Positions 1-13,716 of a stretch of DNA of 64,000 nt are shown here, in pieces. A program made the translations under genes and the position numbers. The DNA is from Tubulanus polymorphus. Its lineage: Eukaryota; Animalia; Nemertea. Below the pieces are notes generated by a model that saw nothing but the letters and a program-made list of their open reading frames with translations, had not been told where the DNA came from and did not search any database. Location of the stretch: contig NC_134031.1 in NCBI RefSeq assembly GCF_964204645.1, positions 11,658,088-11,722,087 of the forward strand, written 5' to 3'. Numbering within the stretch: the first letter of the stretch is position 1; every line of letters starts with the position of its first letter.

Positions 1-439
1 GGCTTTAATCAATTATCTTGATGTGTCTTCCTTGCCTACCCTTGTACGTATATGGTACGCTTTTGATGTTTTAGTCCTACGTACCTTGACATTGTTGAGG
101 CAAGTTTCACGAAGGACCATCATTGAAAAATTTAATGATTTGATTATGGAACCTATGCATATTTTGTAACGATAATGAGTTACAAAGTTATGGTTGATGA
201 AATATCATCATGGTGAGATTCAAGGTCAGCAATATCTTTTTCATAGCTCTTTTTCATAGCTAGCGGGATTTGAATATTAAATGTGGTCAGAAGTTGTCAA
301 GCATTTTAGTTCTATATTCAAAGGATCCCTGGATGCCTAATTTATAATTTAGCAAACAACATATCCCCTATTTTAGCTAATTTACTATAAGTAGGTTTCA
401 AAAAAGTGTTGATAAAGCGTTATATATGTTTATTTTCAG

Positions 440-1420
440 AATGGTCATTTACCGCCAATTCTTTATCTTCAAGCGGATAATACATGTCGAGAAAACAAAA
501 ATCGCTATCTATTAGCCTTTTTGGAACTTTTTGTACGACTTGGAATATGCCATGAGGTAAGACATGACTATTTCGTAAATGAATATCACTCGTTCCAGAT
601 TCAAAAGATTGATATGGAATTAATTTTGCCTTGCCTTTCTTCACCTCCCTACTGTCATGATTCTATTTTGCAGACAAATCTATCATTTCTATCTGTCGGT
701 CACACACACGAGGATGTTGATCAAATGTTTTCGGTAATCGCAGGAACTTTACGAAAGGAGGAAGCTTTAACCCTTGACGCGATGCTGCAGAAATTAATCG
801 GTGGTCAATTTTTGAATGGTCTTTTTTATATAAGGGCGTGGCTTGAGCCCCATATTAGAAATATATCTGGGCATTCAAAGATAAGAAATTTTTGCTTCCG
901 CAAAATAGAGGATGGCTGCAGTTTATTTTATAGAAAGTCAAGTTCGGGCACATGGCGTGTATTGAGAGGTGGACTATTGAATTCAATACCTGTCGGTCGG
1001 CCAGAAATTTTGATTCAATGTTATGATGACTTTTTATCAAGCAAATATCTTACTAATCTAAACAAATGGAAAAACTTTTTGGACGATAATACGGTGAACT
1101 GGTGGACAAGATACATTGACACCATAAAAAGACTACAACATGACAAGAAATTTTTGGAGAACCATTCAATGGCAGATGCATACTGGTTTCTGCCTCGTTT
1201 TAAGAAATATCAGTTGTCGGATCTGATTGATGCAGTGCCAGAAACTCCTGCTAACCTGCTTCAACAAGTTGCAGGAACAGATAATCCAGTGGTATGTTTT
1301 ATTTCTATTTTTGAATTATTTTTGTTGAAGTTTCAGTGAGATGCTGCTTTAGCAAAAATCTGCTTTAATATGAAAGGACTATTGTTTAATCTTATATTTT
1401 CTTTACAGATAACTGTGTGA
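440..1420 (+). CDS. Spliced transposase-like gene, 3' exons only (DUF7869/Sola-like); exons 440-556, 674-1291, 1409-1420
   Basis: GT-AG introns join the exons in phase 0, giving LYLQADNTCRENKN...SFLSVGHTHEDVDQMFS...PVITV*. DNxxxENKN and GHTHEDxDQ are typical of this transposase-like family. The 5' exons were not found. Confidence 0.6.
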
Positions 1421-2700
1421 ATTCATTGAATGCCTGAAGTTAGCCTCTAGCCACCTGGATCTGCTCTGACTTTTTTACCCTCTATTGCGCGGCTATGGAG
1501 TTCGCTTTTCAAATGAAATTGAATAATAATGGTATTACCATTATTATTCAATTCCAGGTAATGATTGTTATACCACCTTATATGTGCGTTTCTAAGCGAT
1601 TTACAAGAATGATACTCGAATGTTAAAAACAATGAATACAAAACGATTTTTTAGATATTAATTTGAATAATATTGGGTAAATGGATACGTTTTAAGCACT
1701 AAATTTAAAAGTATCATTGATAGTATGTAAATATAGATGTAATATTTTAAGTTTGATGGAGGCGATTTAATTCTTCAAAGAATAGTTTACAAGTCAATTC
1801 ATTTCGAAATATGCAGAAAATATCGTCAACATATCTCACGTACAACATTGGTTTGTAATAAGTTTTAAAAATTACAAAATCATTCATTCCGTGGTTTGTT
1901 TTCATACGTATCTACCAGTCTCTTTTGGTAATTTATGGTTGGAACATGTAAATTTACATAGTTTAAAATCTCACTAAGTTTTAAAAAATCCCCGAGGTAG
2001 ATGTTCAGAAAAGTTTGTCCCAACCATATATTACCAAGACCACAATTCTATAAGAATGACTGGAGACAAGATATCAATTTACTTTGTGAACCGTTCAAAT
2101 GACTATTTTAAAGAATGCGGTACATTTTACATGAATATGTCTATACCCTATAGTAACCTAGTTACTCAAAGGGTTTATGGGCACATGAGCATCATTTTTC
2201 CTCCTGTATATTGAAGTAGTTCCACTGCAATATTCTAATGGTTGAAATTAAATTGATGGTTATCAACAATTGAAAAATTCAAATGTACCTCTCGATCTTT
2301 TGAACTATCATCGTGACTCGATTAAGCCATATTTCACTAAGCAGTTGAAATCAATGTAACGCATTCTTAGTTGGTACAGCTTGAGATTCAGAAACTTTAA
2401 TGAAGTATTAATAGTCATATGAATTAAATTAAACCATTAAGTGGCAGATCAGCAAATTCAATATCAAGTTAATTATATTCGACAAAAAAACCAAATTCAG
2501 TTCTGATCAATTTCATTCAGTTTCAGATTCATATAGGAAAACAAACCGATCCGAAGTATTTGTTCCTGCCAACCACTGTCGGTGGTAGCAGATTGAGATA
2601 TTGTATCTTCGTAATTGGTATAATTTTTTGAAGACGATAGCTAGGCTGGCCTTAGTGCGCAGGGGGGACTTGTTGACTGAAACTTGTGGAGTCACTTGTT

Positions 2701-4510
2701 GACATTTCATAGAATCACTGAAAATTCAACAAATAAGTTCCGTGATTGCCAGGAAAATGGGTTTAGATTACTTAGCGCTTAATAATAAACATTATTCGTT
2801 CAATTAAGTGCTATACGATATTTTGAAATGACTAGAATGATATAAAGTCTACATATATTTATAGGGAAAATTAAGAAGAAGCAAGCCGTTTTAACCAGAA
2901 TAAATTGACCGAAATTCATTAACCAAAAGAATTGACGTTAAACAGGTAGTACTCTGTAGGTAGTCTACATTTATTTGATGTATACGATCTATCGCTACTA
3001 GTTTATAGAAGCTTCATCGGGTCGCTTCTTTAGACTAGCAGAAAAAACTCGTACTTGCCAAATAGATAAAGAAAACCCTCAAAGTGCTGCCTGTCAATTC
3101 AATAGATATTGAGTTAAGACTTAATTTTGAAATATGTTTAAGCGATTTCTATAGAAAAACAAATCAATTTGCTTGTCTCGAATTTGACAGATAAATTTGA
3201 GTGAAAAAATGTTTTCCACTTTGTACTAAGTTCGATTTGCAGATTATCGAATTTCGACATTAACTGTTGCATCTTAATATCCGACTTTAAGAGGACCTAT
3301 CTCGCGATATTGTCCAAAGATTTGACGTCTCCGGGGTCCTGGGATTAAATCCTTGCCTCGGCCGGTGTAAGTTTCATAGTCTAGTATTCTAACTGGTGAG
3401 ATAAGAAATTCTGGTCCACAGTGACATTCAGGTTTCTGTTTCGCTGATAGGAAGTTTATTGGGCGCCAGAGTCTTACATTAGGTGTACTGATAATCTTGT
3501 CTTTGATTTTTCAGATGAACAGTTATTTGTGTATTTAATTCCTAATCTGAATATTTCTTACTAGTACATTGAAACTCAGTCATTCGTTATCATATTCCGA
3601 CAATGGGGCTGATTTGACATTTCATAGAATCACTGAAAACATACTATAATTAGAATTGTCTGTGCGAAAATTTCAACAAATAAGTTCCGTGATTGCCAGG
3701 AAAATGGGTTTAGTTTACTTAGCGCTTAATAATAAACATTATTCGTTCAATTAAGTGCTATACGATATTTTGAAATGATTAGAATGATATAAAGTCTACA
3801 TATATTTATAGGGAAAAAAATTAAGAAGAAGCAAGCCGTTTAAACCAGAATAAATTGACCGAAATTCATTAACCAAAAGAATTGACGTTAAACAGGTAGT
3901 ACTCTGTAGGTAGTCTACATTTATTTGATGTATACGATCTATCGCTACTAGTTTATAGAAGCTTCATCGGGTCGCTTCTTTAGACTAGCAGAAAAAACTC
4001 GTACTTGCCAAATAGATAAAGAAAACCCCTCAGAGTGCTGCCTGTTTCATGTCGATTCAATAGATATTGAGTGAAGACTTAACTTTGAAATATGTTTAAG
4101 CGATTTCTATAGAAAAACAAATGAATTTGCTTGTCTCGAATTTGACAGAGAAATTTGAGTGAAAAAATGTTTTCCACTTTGTACTAAGTTCGATTTGCAG
4201 AATATCGAATTTCGACAATAACCGTTGCGTCTTAAAGTGACTTTAAGAGGACTTATCTCGCGATACCGTCCAAAGATCTTACATTAGGTGTACTGATAAT
4301 CTTGTCTTAGATTTTTTCAGATGAACAGTTATTTGTGTATTTTAAATTCTTAATTTGAATTTTTCTTACTAGTACATTGTAACTCAAGTCATTTGTTATC
4401 ATATTCCGACATGGGCTGATTTGAAATTTCATAGAATTCCTGAAAATATACTATAAATAGAATTGACTTTGCGGCAATTTCAATAAATTAATGCCGTGGT
4501 TGTTAGGAAA
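2701..4510. repeat. ~0.9-kb tandem duplication (two units plus a partial third)
   Basis: GACATTTCATAGAATCACTGAAAA recurs at 2701 and ~3617, with a variant at ~4422; long near-identical blocks with indels follow. Confidence 0.85.
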
Positions 4511-5564
4511 AAATGATATTGGTGGAAGCTTCATCTAAATAAAGTAAATCTTCAGAGAACTACCAGTTTTACCTCCATTCAAGTAAAATAAGCAGAAACT
4601 TGCTAGATTTTAGTTACGTACTTAATTCTCCCCTTAATAAGCTGCGTTCGAATTTGATGGATACACGGTGAATCCGCTATTTTCTATCGAACCATAATCA
4701 TCCGCAAAAAATCATCATGTTTAATGCCTGCATCATGTTTTATAACATTTATCATTTCTCTCATTCCGCCGTCATTAGTAGACGTCCTTCTTATAATTAT
4801 TTTGTTGAATAATGTGAGACCCGTTTGTATAACTTGGATGAGTAAATCAAATTAACACAACATTTCAATAATTCCGTGTATAGGAAACTGAAAACATATT
4901 TTGTAACCACGATAAATTGCACAGTTGCAATGTTTTATGTATAGTTGAGTCAATTTCTATATTTTGTACACGTTAATTTGATCCCGTATGTACATGTCTT
5001 TTATTCTGTCCAGCATTATGCAGTTGTTATATACTATTGTATCTGTTAATAAAGCCAATGAGAGTGAGAGTATTTTTCTAATCTATGCCATAATCATAAT
5101 GCATTCAGATTATATATACGGTGACACTTTTCCATGTATATGAATTTGTTGTTAATTTTGTATGATCTTTTTACACCTGGTGTGTACATATTTTATGAAA
5201 TAAAGACTTATTACGATAACCACTTTCGTTGGAAATATTCAGCGTTGTTAGATATAACGCGTGTTTAAAAGTCATGTGTTCATCAATAAATATTATGAAT
5301 ATCAAGAATTATGTAAAATTAATCAAACATTTGTGCTTATTAAATTGATAGAAATTTCTAATGGTCAATAAATACATTTTTGATACACGTTGAATACTCT
5401 CAAATTATCATTGATATTTGAACATATGCGATTTCGCACATATTGCAGTGACATTCCTCATCTTATCGTCAAAACGGATTTCTTCAAGAGGCACTCTCTT
5501 TTCACCATCAAGATTGGGATTAACGCTTATTCAAGGAGCTTATCGATTCACCGCCAAAATTGCG

Positions 5565-6460
5565 ATTTCACGCTTGGGTGCCCCTAGTTTTAGTGCCAAA
5601 ACAACGATTTCACACTTTTTTGAGGGACGGCCCTCGTTTTAGTGCAATAACAGTGATTTCCCACTTTTTGGAGGGACGCCCCTTGTTTTAGTGCAATAAC
5701 AGTCATTTCACACTTTTTTGAGGGACGCTCCTCGTTTTAGTGCCAAAACCGTGATTTCCCACTTTTTGAGGGACGTTCCTCGTTTTAGTGCCAAAACCGT
5801 GATTTCGCACTTTTTTGAGGGACGCCCCTCGTTTTAGTGCCAAAGCTGTAGTTTTCCACTTTTTGAGGGACGCTCCTCGTTTTAGTGCCAAAGCCGTAAT
5901 TTCCCACTTTTTGAGGGACGGTCCTCGTTTTAGTGTTAAAACCGTGATTTTCCACTTTTTTGAGGGACGCCCCTCGTTTTAGTGCCAAAACCGTGATTTC
6001 CCACTTTTTTTAGGGACGATCCTCGTTTTAGTGCCAAAGCCGTAATTTCCCACTTTTTGAGGGACGCTCCTCGTTTTAGTGTTAAAACCGCGATTTCCCA
6101 CTTTTTTGAGGGACGCCCCTCGTTTTAGTGCCAAAACCGTGATTTCCCACTTTTTTTAGGGACGATCCTCGTTTTAGTGCCAAAGCCGTAATTTCCCACT
6201 TTTTGAGGGACGCTCCTCGTTTTAGTGTTAAAACCGCGATTTCCCACTTTTTTGAGGGACGCCCCTCGTTTTAGTGCCAAAGCCGTAATTTCCCACTTTT
6301 TGAGGGACGCTCCTCGTTTTAGTGTTAAAACCGCGATTTCCCACTTTTTTGAGGGACGCCCCTCGTTTTAGTGCCAAAACAGAGATTTCACACTTTTTTT
6401 AGAGACGCCCCTGTTTAAGTGCCAAAAAATTTGATTTTACACCTTTTTGAGGGACGCCTT
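5565..6460. repeat. ~48-bp minisatellite, about 18 units, partly organised as a 3-unit higher-order repeat
   Basis: Unit approximately TTTTTGAGGGACGCCCCTCGTTTTAGTGCCAAAACCGTGATTTCCCAC, head-to-tail with no unique spacers. Confidence 0.95.
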
Positions 6461-6648
6461 CGCTTCAAAACAGCCTCAAAGAAGATGATTTTTCACGAAA
6501 AAAAATCATCAAAACAGAATCAAAAAATGTATCTTTTCGGATTTTACATTATTTTTTCGGACGAGGTTTGATATGATATTTCAAATTCAAAGATATATTT
6601 TTACATTTTCTTTTAACTTGACTGTTCTCAAAAAATATTTCTTCAGAT

Positions 6649-7445
6649 ATGTCCAGTATAGACAAAGTCGATGAATCGTCCGTATTTCCCGCAGATGAAA
6701 CAACAATACAGATTATACAAAGTAAGTTACCAAATGCTATTACGCTATTATAATTGAATAGCCTAGACCATACATTGAAATTGATTATGAAAGTTTTGAG
6801 CGTGAATTCAATTAAAACGTGGATTTACAGGTGGAAGTAAACTTGAATTATCCCTCGAAAAACACTCATTAGAGAAGCAAAACCTTACAGGTGTGTATAT
6901 CGTATGATTTAGATTACGGTCAGCTGCTTTTTTAGTCTAAAGATGACCATGTATGATATACATAATTTTATTCACAGATTCTTCGGAGAACGATCTCAGT
7001 ACAAATAGGAAAATATCTTCAATCACATGTAGCACACCGAAAAGTAAGCTTTTTAATCTTTTCAGAATTCATTTCAATGTGTCTAATTTCGATTTTTAAG
7101 TAATAAATAATCTAATTATTTTTTTCAGGCAATGCGGAGAAGAAAAAGGACACTGGCGATCTCGTGAGAGAGTTATTGGGTGAAACTCCCCTCGTCAATG
7201 AATTTCTACGGCTAAGAAGGCAACGACATAAACGGAAAGAATTTCTTAATACTTTGGCGGTTGTTCAAACGAGGATTCTTGCGAAACGCAGAGATTTCAA
7301 AAACAAACTCTCAGAATGGGAAAAACAGTTTATCATAGAAAACGGCGGATCATTCCCATCAGTGCAAGAATATAAGAAATGTCAACTATATAAACATAAA
7401 ACATATTGTGAAATATTACTAAAACACTGGGGTTGCTATTACTAA
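6649..7445 (+). CDS. Four-exon gene of unknown function (171 aa); exons 6649-6721, 6831-6890, 6978-7043, 7129-7445
   Basis: Three phase-1 GT-AG introns join into one open 516-nt frame (MSSIDKVDE...LSEWEKQFIIENGGSFPS...LLKHWGCYY*). Confidence 0.65.
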
Positions 7446-7850
7446 ATTTGAATGCACATTTATAATCCGAAAATATTTATATTGATGTCTCATTTATAAT
7501 GATGTATTGTTGAAAATTTATTCGTACGATGTTCATCGAATGATTCGTGAAATATATAGTATTCTAAATCTGTTTTTGAAACTCGCGGTTACTCCAAGTG
7601 TAGTTTTGTATATGCGCATGTATACTTCTGAGTTTTATGACTCGTTGGAATTTCTTATCAGTTCTGTAAACAGGTCACACGTGTACGTCTAGATTTTTAC
7701 AATTCACAATTCACCGTAGCATCCTGGAAATGACCGACATTTTCCAAGCGCAGGGTTTTGTATCCACGAAATTATGTGACTCATGCTCGGTTTCACTGAA
7801 AATTTTTCATGTAGCATTAACTGATTTGTGATCCACTTATTATCACTCAT

Positions 7851-8192
7851 TTATTTATCAAAAAAATTACTATCATCAAAATATTTAGTTTTCTTAGTGA
7901 TGATTAATTCAACATTTATTTCATTACTACTTTTATGATTATCATATATTTCGGTTAATATGTTTTTAATATCATCAATAATTCCATCTTCATTTAATTC
8001 ATAATATTCTAAAGGTGATTTAATTAAATCAATTACTTTTTCTATATTATAATTTTCTTTATTAATCATTGATGCATTGTTAAATGATTTACTTTTTATA
8101 TCAGTAATTACATCATTTAGTTTAATTCTCATTTCTTTACCATGTTTAAAATCAAACCCAAAACATATACTCGGTCCAACAGTTATAATCAT
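7851..8192 (-). CDS. Conserved Polinton hypothetical protein (MxITVGPSICFGFDFK family)
   Basis: Homologues at ~30914-31270 and 58344-58700. Confidence 0.7.
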   Translation of the reverse strand: MIITVGPSICFGFDFKHGKEMRIKLNDVITDIKSKSFNNASMINKENYNIEKVIDLIKSPLEYYELNEDGIIDDIKNILTEIYDNHKSSNEINVELIITKKTKYFDDSNFFDK

Positions 8193-8208
8193 TTATATAA
8201 TGAAAAAA

Positions 8209-8950
8209 TTACTCTTTACATCTTATAACTAATTCATATATCACAGGAAAGTTATTCAAATCAATTAAATAACCATTGTGATTTCTTATTTCTAATCTAA
8301 AATTATTAAAACGAGGAATGCATGGTTTGAAATCACATTCTGTTAAATTATAATTTATTTGCGTTCCAAATTCTTTAACATTCTTCAATGGTAAAATGTT
8401 TAGTAAACCAGAATTACAAGTTATATCTTTAGTTGCTTCGAATGTTTTTGTAGGATCGATTAAATTGCAATAAATATAAAAATGCGTGTAAGGTATTAAG
8501 TTTGGTGTGGCGTCAATATTTGTAAAAGATCTATCTGGAAGAATTCCTAACAGTTTAGCTATAGGTTTTTTTACTATTATTAGACAACCTTATCTTTATT
8601 CTATCAGAACTCTCACTTTTTAAAAATCTAATACTAAACCCAGAACTACTACCTAATTTGTGCCAGGCGTTTCTATTAATTTCTTGTGCTAATGTATCTA
8701 AATTATATAACCCCGGTTTTAAATATATAGAGGACCATTCATTTTTACCGTTATCAAAAATTAAAAAGGCTCTATGTTCAATAGTTTTATCCGATATATT
8801 ATAAAAAGAATTACATAAACTTATATTAACTAATTTTAAATCTACACAATTCTTGAATTCTCTATCTAATTGTACTAGTAAATTATGTGACTTATAATTT
8901 GTAAGCCTTCTAGAATCAACAAATCTTCTGTATTCTTTTAATTCTACCAT
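8209..8950 (-). pseudogene. Minor capsid (penton) protein, frameshifted
   Basis: Polinton-type single jelly-roll motifs: NSFYNIS, LKPGLYN, FYIYCNLI, LNILPL, LEIRNxNGYLIDLNNFPV. Confidence 0.7.
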
Positions 8951-8967
8951 TTATTTTACATATTTTC

Positions 8968-9321
8968 TTATTCGAAATCTATTTCATGGTGCCCTTTTTC
9001 ATTCTTACCTTTGTATACGAAATAGAAATCTCCAGAACATAATTCTTCTAAGTCTTCACTTGATAATCTATGAAATCTATCCGGTAAATATGTTCTGAAT
9101 TTATATGTATTTCCTTTTAATCCTTCATATTCTAAGTGTATAACTAATTTATCTCCATAGTTATTAGTAACTGTATCAATATTTGTAACTAGATATTTCT
9201 TATGGATTGTTAATTCTGTTAGCTTTTTGAATTTATAATCTACAGATTTTACATTTGTGATATCTTTAATTCTATCTAGAAATAATTTGTTGTTCTCACT
9301 GTTTGCTTGTTTACTCTCCAT
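8968..9321 (-). CDS. Small Polinton protein, putative OB-fold ssDNA-binding protein
   Basis: Intact 117 aa with an FKKLxEL...YG...FRTYLPDRF...FVYKG pattern, next to pPolB. The function is inferred. Confidence 0.5.
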   Translation of the reverse strand: MESKQANSENNKLFLDRIKDITNVKSVDYKFKKLTELTIHKKYLVTNIDTVTNNYGDKLVIHLEYEGLKGNTYKFRTYLPDRFHRLSSEDLEELCSGDFYFVYKGKNEKGHHEIDFE

Positions 9322-9350
9322 TTATAATACATATTTTTATTAAAATTTGA

Positions 9351-12300
9351 TTAACACGTTAGAATTCTTTTCATTATCTCGTTCTCTTTTGTTTCTTCTC
9401 TTTTAAATTTTAAGTATTCATCTAAATTACAACCATAAGCAACTGTATGAATTCCATCATCTAAAATATATCTTTTATCATCAAATGGGTTTAGACTTAT
9501 CTTCTCTATTTCTTCAATAAACATTTCATGATCATGAATACATTTTAGATCTAATACCAATGAATTCAATCATTTCTTCACCGCCTAATTCATCTTTGAA
9601 TTTACCAGGAACTTTTTTATTATCATTGCTAAACAATTCATGATCTTTAGGATAATAACTAAAATCAAAATGATGTTTTAATGTTTTTAAATCATCAGTT
9701 ATGTAATCAGTTTTTATCTTTAATATGTAACTGTCAGTATCAAAATATAATATTTCTATATGTTTTTCTCCAAAAAGTGGTTGTAATATATTATAATAGA
9801 ATTCATACATTAGTAATTTTGATAATTCTAAAACTGAAGCGCCAACATAGATTGGTTTATTAAATTTCATTGATGTTCTTCTCATCTTAACTGCAGCTAA
9901 ATTTTCATCAAATATTCTGTTACCAATGAACTTAGGATATGATTGTAAATGTCTAATTCTTTTACCATTACTAACTAACTCAATATCATTTCTATTTCTA
10001 ATATTTTCACAAGTCTTACCATAGAATGCATTATTCATTAACTTGAAGAAATCTTTTTCGAAATCAGTTTCAGCTTCAGTTCTCTGTTTGGTGTTAAAAT
10101 CTATATATTTTTCTAACCACTTAGATTGTCTAAATGAAATATATCTATGTACTTTTTTTAGAACCATTCCTTGATTTAGATAAAACTTTAACATTCTATA
10201 ATGTACTACATAATTATATTTATCTTCTTGAGTAACCATTAACTTTTCTGTATGAATATGATTTTCGGGTTTAATTCTTTTTTGGTAATTTGATAGTTCT
10301 TCATGAGTTACAGTTTTATGTTCGGGGCAGTAAGCTAGATTTCTAGATTTAAATTTTTTATCTTCAGGATATTCTAAATCTACAACAAAGAAGTAACCAG
10401 TATCTGAATCATCTGCAATATCTAGAATTCTTTTCTTCCTATCAAATTTATCATTATTTTCATTCTGTAAAACTTCAGTTATTTCAAATACTCCATAAGG
10501 TTGTGCTTCCATCATTGCCCAACCATACAAATTATTTGCATCTATATATAATAACTTATATCCTGGATTATCATTTACATTGAAATATCTATCGCCTAAT
10601 ACACCTGAAACTCCTCCTCTTATAGATTTTTCAAATAATAGTAATTGATCTATATTTGTTAACAAATCCATTTTTATATCTGTAAATTTTAATCCACAAT
10701 CCCATGTTAAACCTGGACTTGAATAACAATGACAAGGATCAATGTTAAAATATTTTAGGTTTACATCTCTAAACCTTTCGAATATATCGGTTAATAATAA
10801 TACATCTGATTTTAAATATAAATCTACTAATTGTCCATGATTTTCTATTTTGAAATGATTCCAAATATTCAATGTTCTATTAAAGACTTCATCTTTAACA
10901 TATTCATTTTTTAATTCATCATAGAATTGTTCTTTTAATAATTCAGTTATATTAAAATCATTATGTGATTTATAAAATGAATATGGAATTGCGCCTTTAT
11001 ATCTCATTAATTGAAAATCATCATTATTTGGGTAATGTTGCTTTAATATTCTTAATTCATTATCAACTAATGATTTTGATAAGTTATGTAATGAACTATT
11101 TAAAAATCTATATGAATCTATAAATCTTAGGCAACCAAATTGGAATGATATGTAATTCTCAGATGTTTTAGCTAACATTCTAAATTTAAAAGTTGGTATT
11201 TTATCTTTTGATCTATTTGAATTTAATCTTTCTATTTCATTATTAATTTCTTCTATTTTATGACATAACTGTTTGATAAATAAATGTGCATCATATCCTG
11301 ATAGATTTTGAAATATAACTGGTACAAAGTTAATTTTCTTAGCTTGTAAGTTACAATTCTCATGCGCTGCACCTCTAAACTTTCCATTCAAATGATCATG
11401 GTCTCTTACTTTTTTATCTCTAAAATTAAATATCTTTTCACAATAATAACATTTATCTGCAAACGCAAATGCTTCTTTATCTTCTTCTGTCATTATAATT
11501 TCTATATTTGTATTCAATAATTTACTAAATCTTATTTCATATTCAATTAATAAGTCACAAAAATGATTGATAACATTTTCATTTCTATAATGATAATATT
11601 CACTTTCAATTAGTTCTGGATAATTAGATTTCATATATAACCCGAAAGCTGCAGCTGATTGATGAATCTTTTTAATAGTATTTGTTTTTGGTGGTTCATC
11701 TGAAAAATCATTTTCATTAGAATTTAATTTCTTTCTTTTATAATATATTTCTTTTCTATCTTGATCAGTTAATTCTTTATTTAATGATTCAAAATCTCCA
11801 TATATAACAAATGGTACTTTATTTTTGTAATCATATTTTTTGAATTCTAATATTTTATCTTTTTCATTTGGTAAAACTAATTTACAATAATCATGATTTT
11901 CACAAAATTGTTTATGATTTAATAATGTACTTTCATTACTGAATCTATGTAAACATTTTCTACAAAGATATATTTTATTATCAAAATCATTTTCTGTTTT
12001 GAAAAATAAATCAATACGTTTTATCCACATATAATGATTCTCATAATATAGTATATCTATAACATCATTTGAATCATAATCTTTTGATAGATATAAAGGT
12101 TCTAATGTATAATGTTTTATGTTGTTACCTTTTGTATTTGGTAATTTGATTAAATCAAATACATTTATCTTTATATTATTATCTCTTTCTATTTTTGGGA
12201 TGTTTATAATTATAACAGGATACTTATCTATCTTATAATTATTTTCAAATTGTTTATAATGAGTTATTCTACAAATATTATAAGTTGCAGGATGTAAGCA

Positions 12301-13242
12301 ACTAATTATTGACCATAGAAAACATTTATCATCAGAATTTTGTATATTTATAACAGCATTAGTTTTAAATGGTAATTTGATATAACTTGATCCATTTATA
12401 ATATCATCTTTATAATATGATACATTATTTTCATCAATTGGTTTCGATTTAGTTAACTTATTATATTTTGTGTTATAAACATGTAAAGTCATAAATATTA
12501 TTTCATCAAATATTAAACCTGATCCTTCAAAATATTTCTCTTCTATTTTAGTTTTTACTTCATTATAACATTTATCTAATTTATCATCTATATGTTGTTT
12601 TGAAATAATATGTTGTGAATGAGAATTTATATTATATATTGGTTTATCTTCAGATTTTATAAACTTTACTTAAGAAGATATACTTATTTTAGGATATTCA
12701 ACATCAGTTATTATTTTTATAATATTTTTCATATTTTCTAAATGTTTTTTATTTTCTTCTAATGTTTTTCCTTTATGAAATTTAAACTCGATAGCTGCTG
12801 GACCAATATCACTTTTAAATGCTTCGGTTATCTCTATATCTTTTTTATTATCTAATGAATTAATATAATTTCTTACATCTTCCATGTATGGTCTTTTATT
12901 GTTTAATTTATTTTTTATGCTTTTAATTGTCTTCTGTTTCTTATCATTATCTTTATCAAAATAATCTTCACCTAAAATATCATTATTCATATTTCTAATA
13001 TGACTTTTAGATTTTAAATGTTCATTATAATATCTTTTATCACTGAATGATTGATTACATGTATCACATTTGTATGTTTCTTTTTCATTCTTTAATTCTT
13101 CTAATTTAGTTTCTAATATATCATCTTTATATTCTAGTTTCAATTTATTCTCTAAATGTGTTTTAGTTTTATTGTGTCTTGCTTTTTGGGATTTATCTAT
13201 ATTGATATTACATGTTGAACAGTAGTACTTATTTGCTTCCAT
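9351..13242 (-). pseudogene. Protein-primed DNA polymerase B (P1), intein-free
   Basis: Exonuclease motif YGDFES; polymerase motifs YIDANNLYG, KLMNNAFYGKT and YFDTDSY; EndoVII-like RDHDH...AHxxCN; N-terminal C2H2 fingers. Stop near 12670 and a ~140-bp C-terminal deletion near 9535. Confidence 0.95.
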
Positions 13243-13321
13243 TTTAATACTAAATTTTTTATTAAAATTGATTTTAGAAGTTATTCATTTATATTTTATT
13301 CATATATATGAATATTTTAAG

Positions 13322-13716
13322 AGTAATAGGGAATATCTTGTTTCAGGTTAAAGGTTGAATGGTCGAGTTCATTAATAACAAATATTAAAAGTAATTTAAA
13401 ACTATAATATATTTTCATAACCGTGTGTATTTCAGTTGAATATTATTATTATTTGAATATATTTGATTATATGAATTTGTGTGTTGTAAATAAATCAATT
13501 GGTCGCGGAGCGGAGCGGTAGCGAAGTGGAGCGACCAATTGATTTAATACAATATGCTTTTTAAATTATTGATATCTTAGAATAAATATTTAGTTTTAAT
13601 ATAAAATGCACACGGTTATGAAAATATATTATAGTTTTGAATTACTTTTAATGTTTTGTTTTTTAATGAGCTCGACCGTTCGACCTTTGATCTGAAACAA
13701 GATATTCCCTATTACT
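13322..13716. repeat. Palindromic terminal hairpin of P1
   Basis: AGTAATAGGGAATATCTTGTTTCAG...CTGAAACAAGATATTCCCTATTACT, with inner stem AATCAATTGGTCGC/GCGACCAATTGATT. Confidence 0.9.

Larger units (their letters stand above)
7831..13716 (-). mobile_element. Polinton/Maverick copy P1, truncated fragment (terminal hairpin, pPolB, SSB-like, penton, small ORF)
   Basis: Collinear with P2 from ~30895 to 41925. Ends in ...CCCTATTACT at 13716 and is broken abruptly at 7831 inside the MSDNKW gene. Confidence 0.9.

Noticed and set aside
5565-6460. CRISPR-like array, and ORFs 5703-5891 and 5785-5988
   Set aside because: Units are contiguous with no unique spacers, there are no cas genes, and the context is eukaryotic. 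The ORFs are translations of the repeat.
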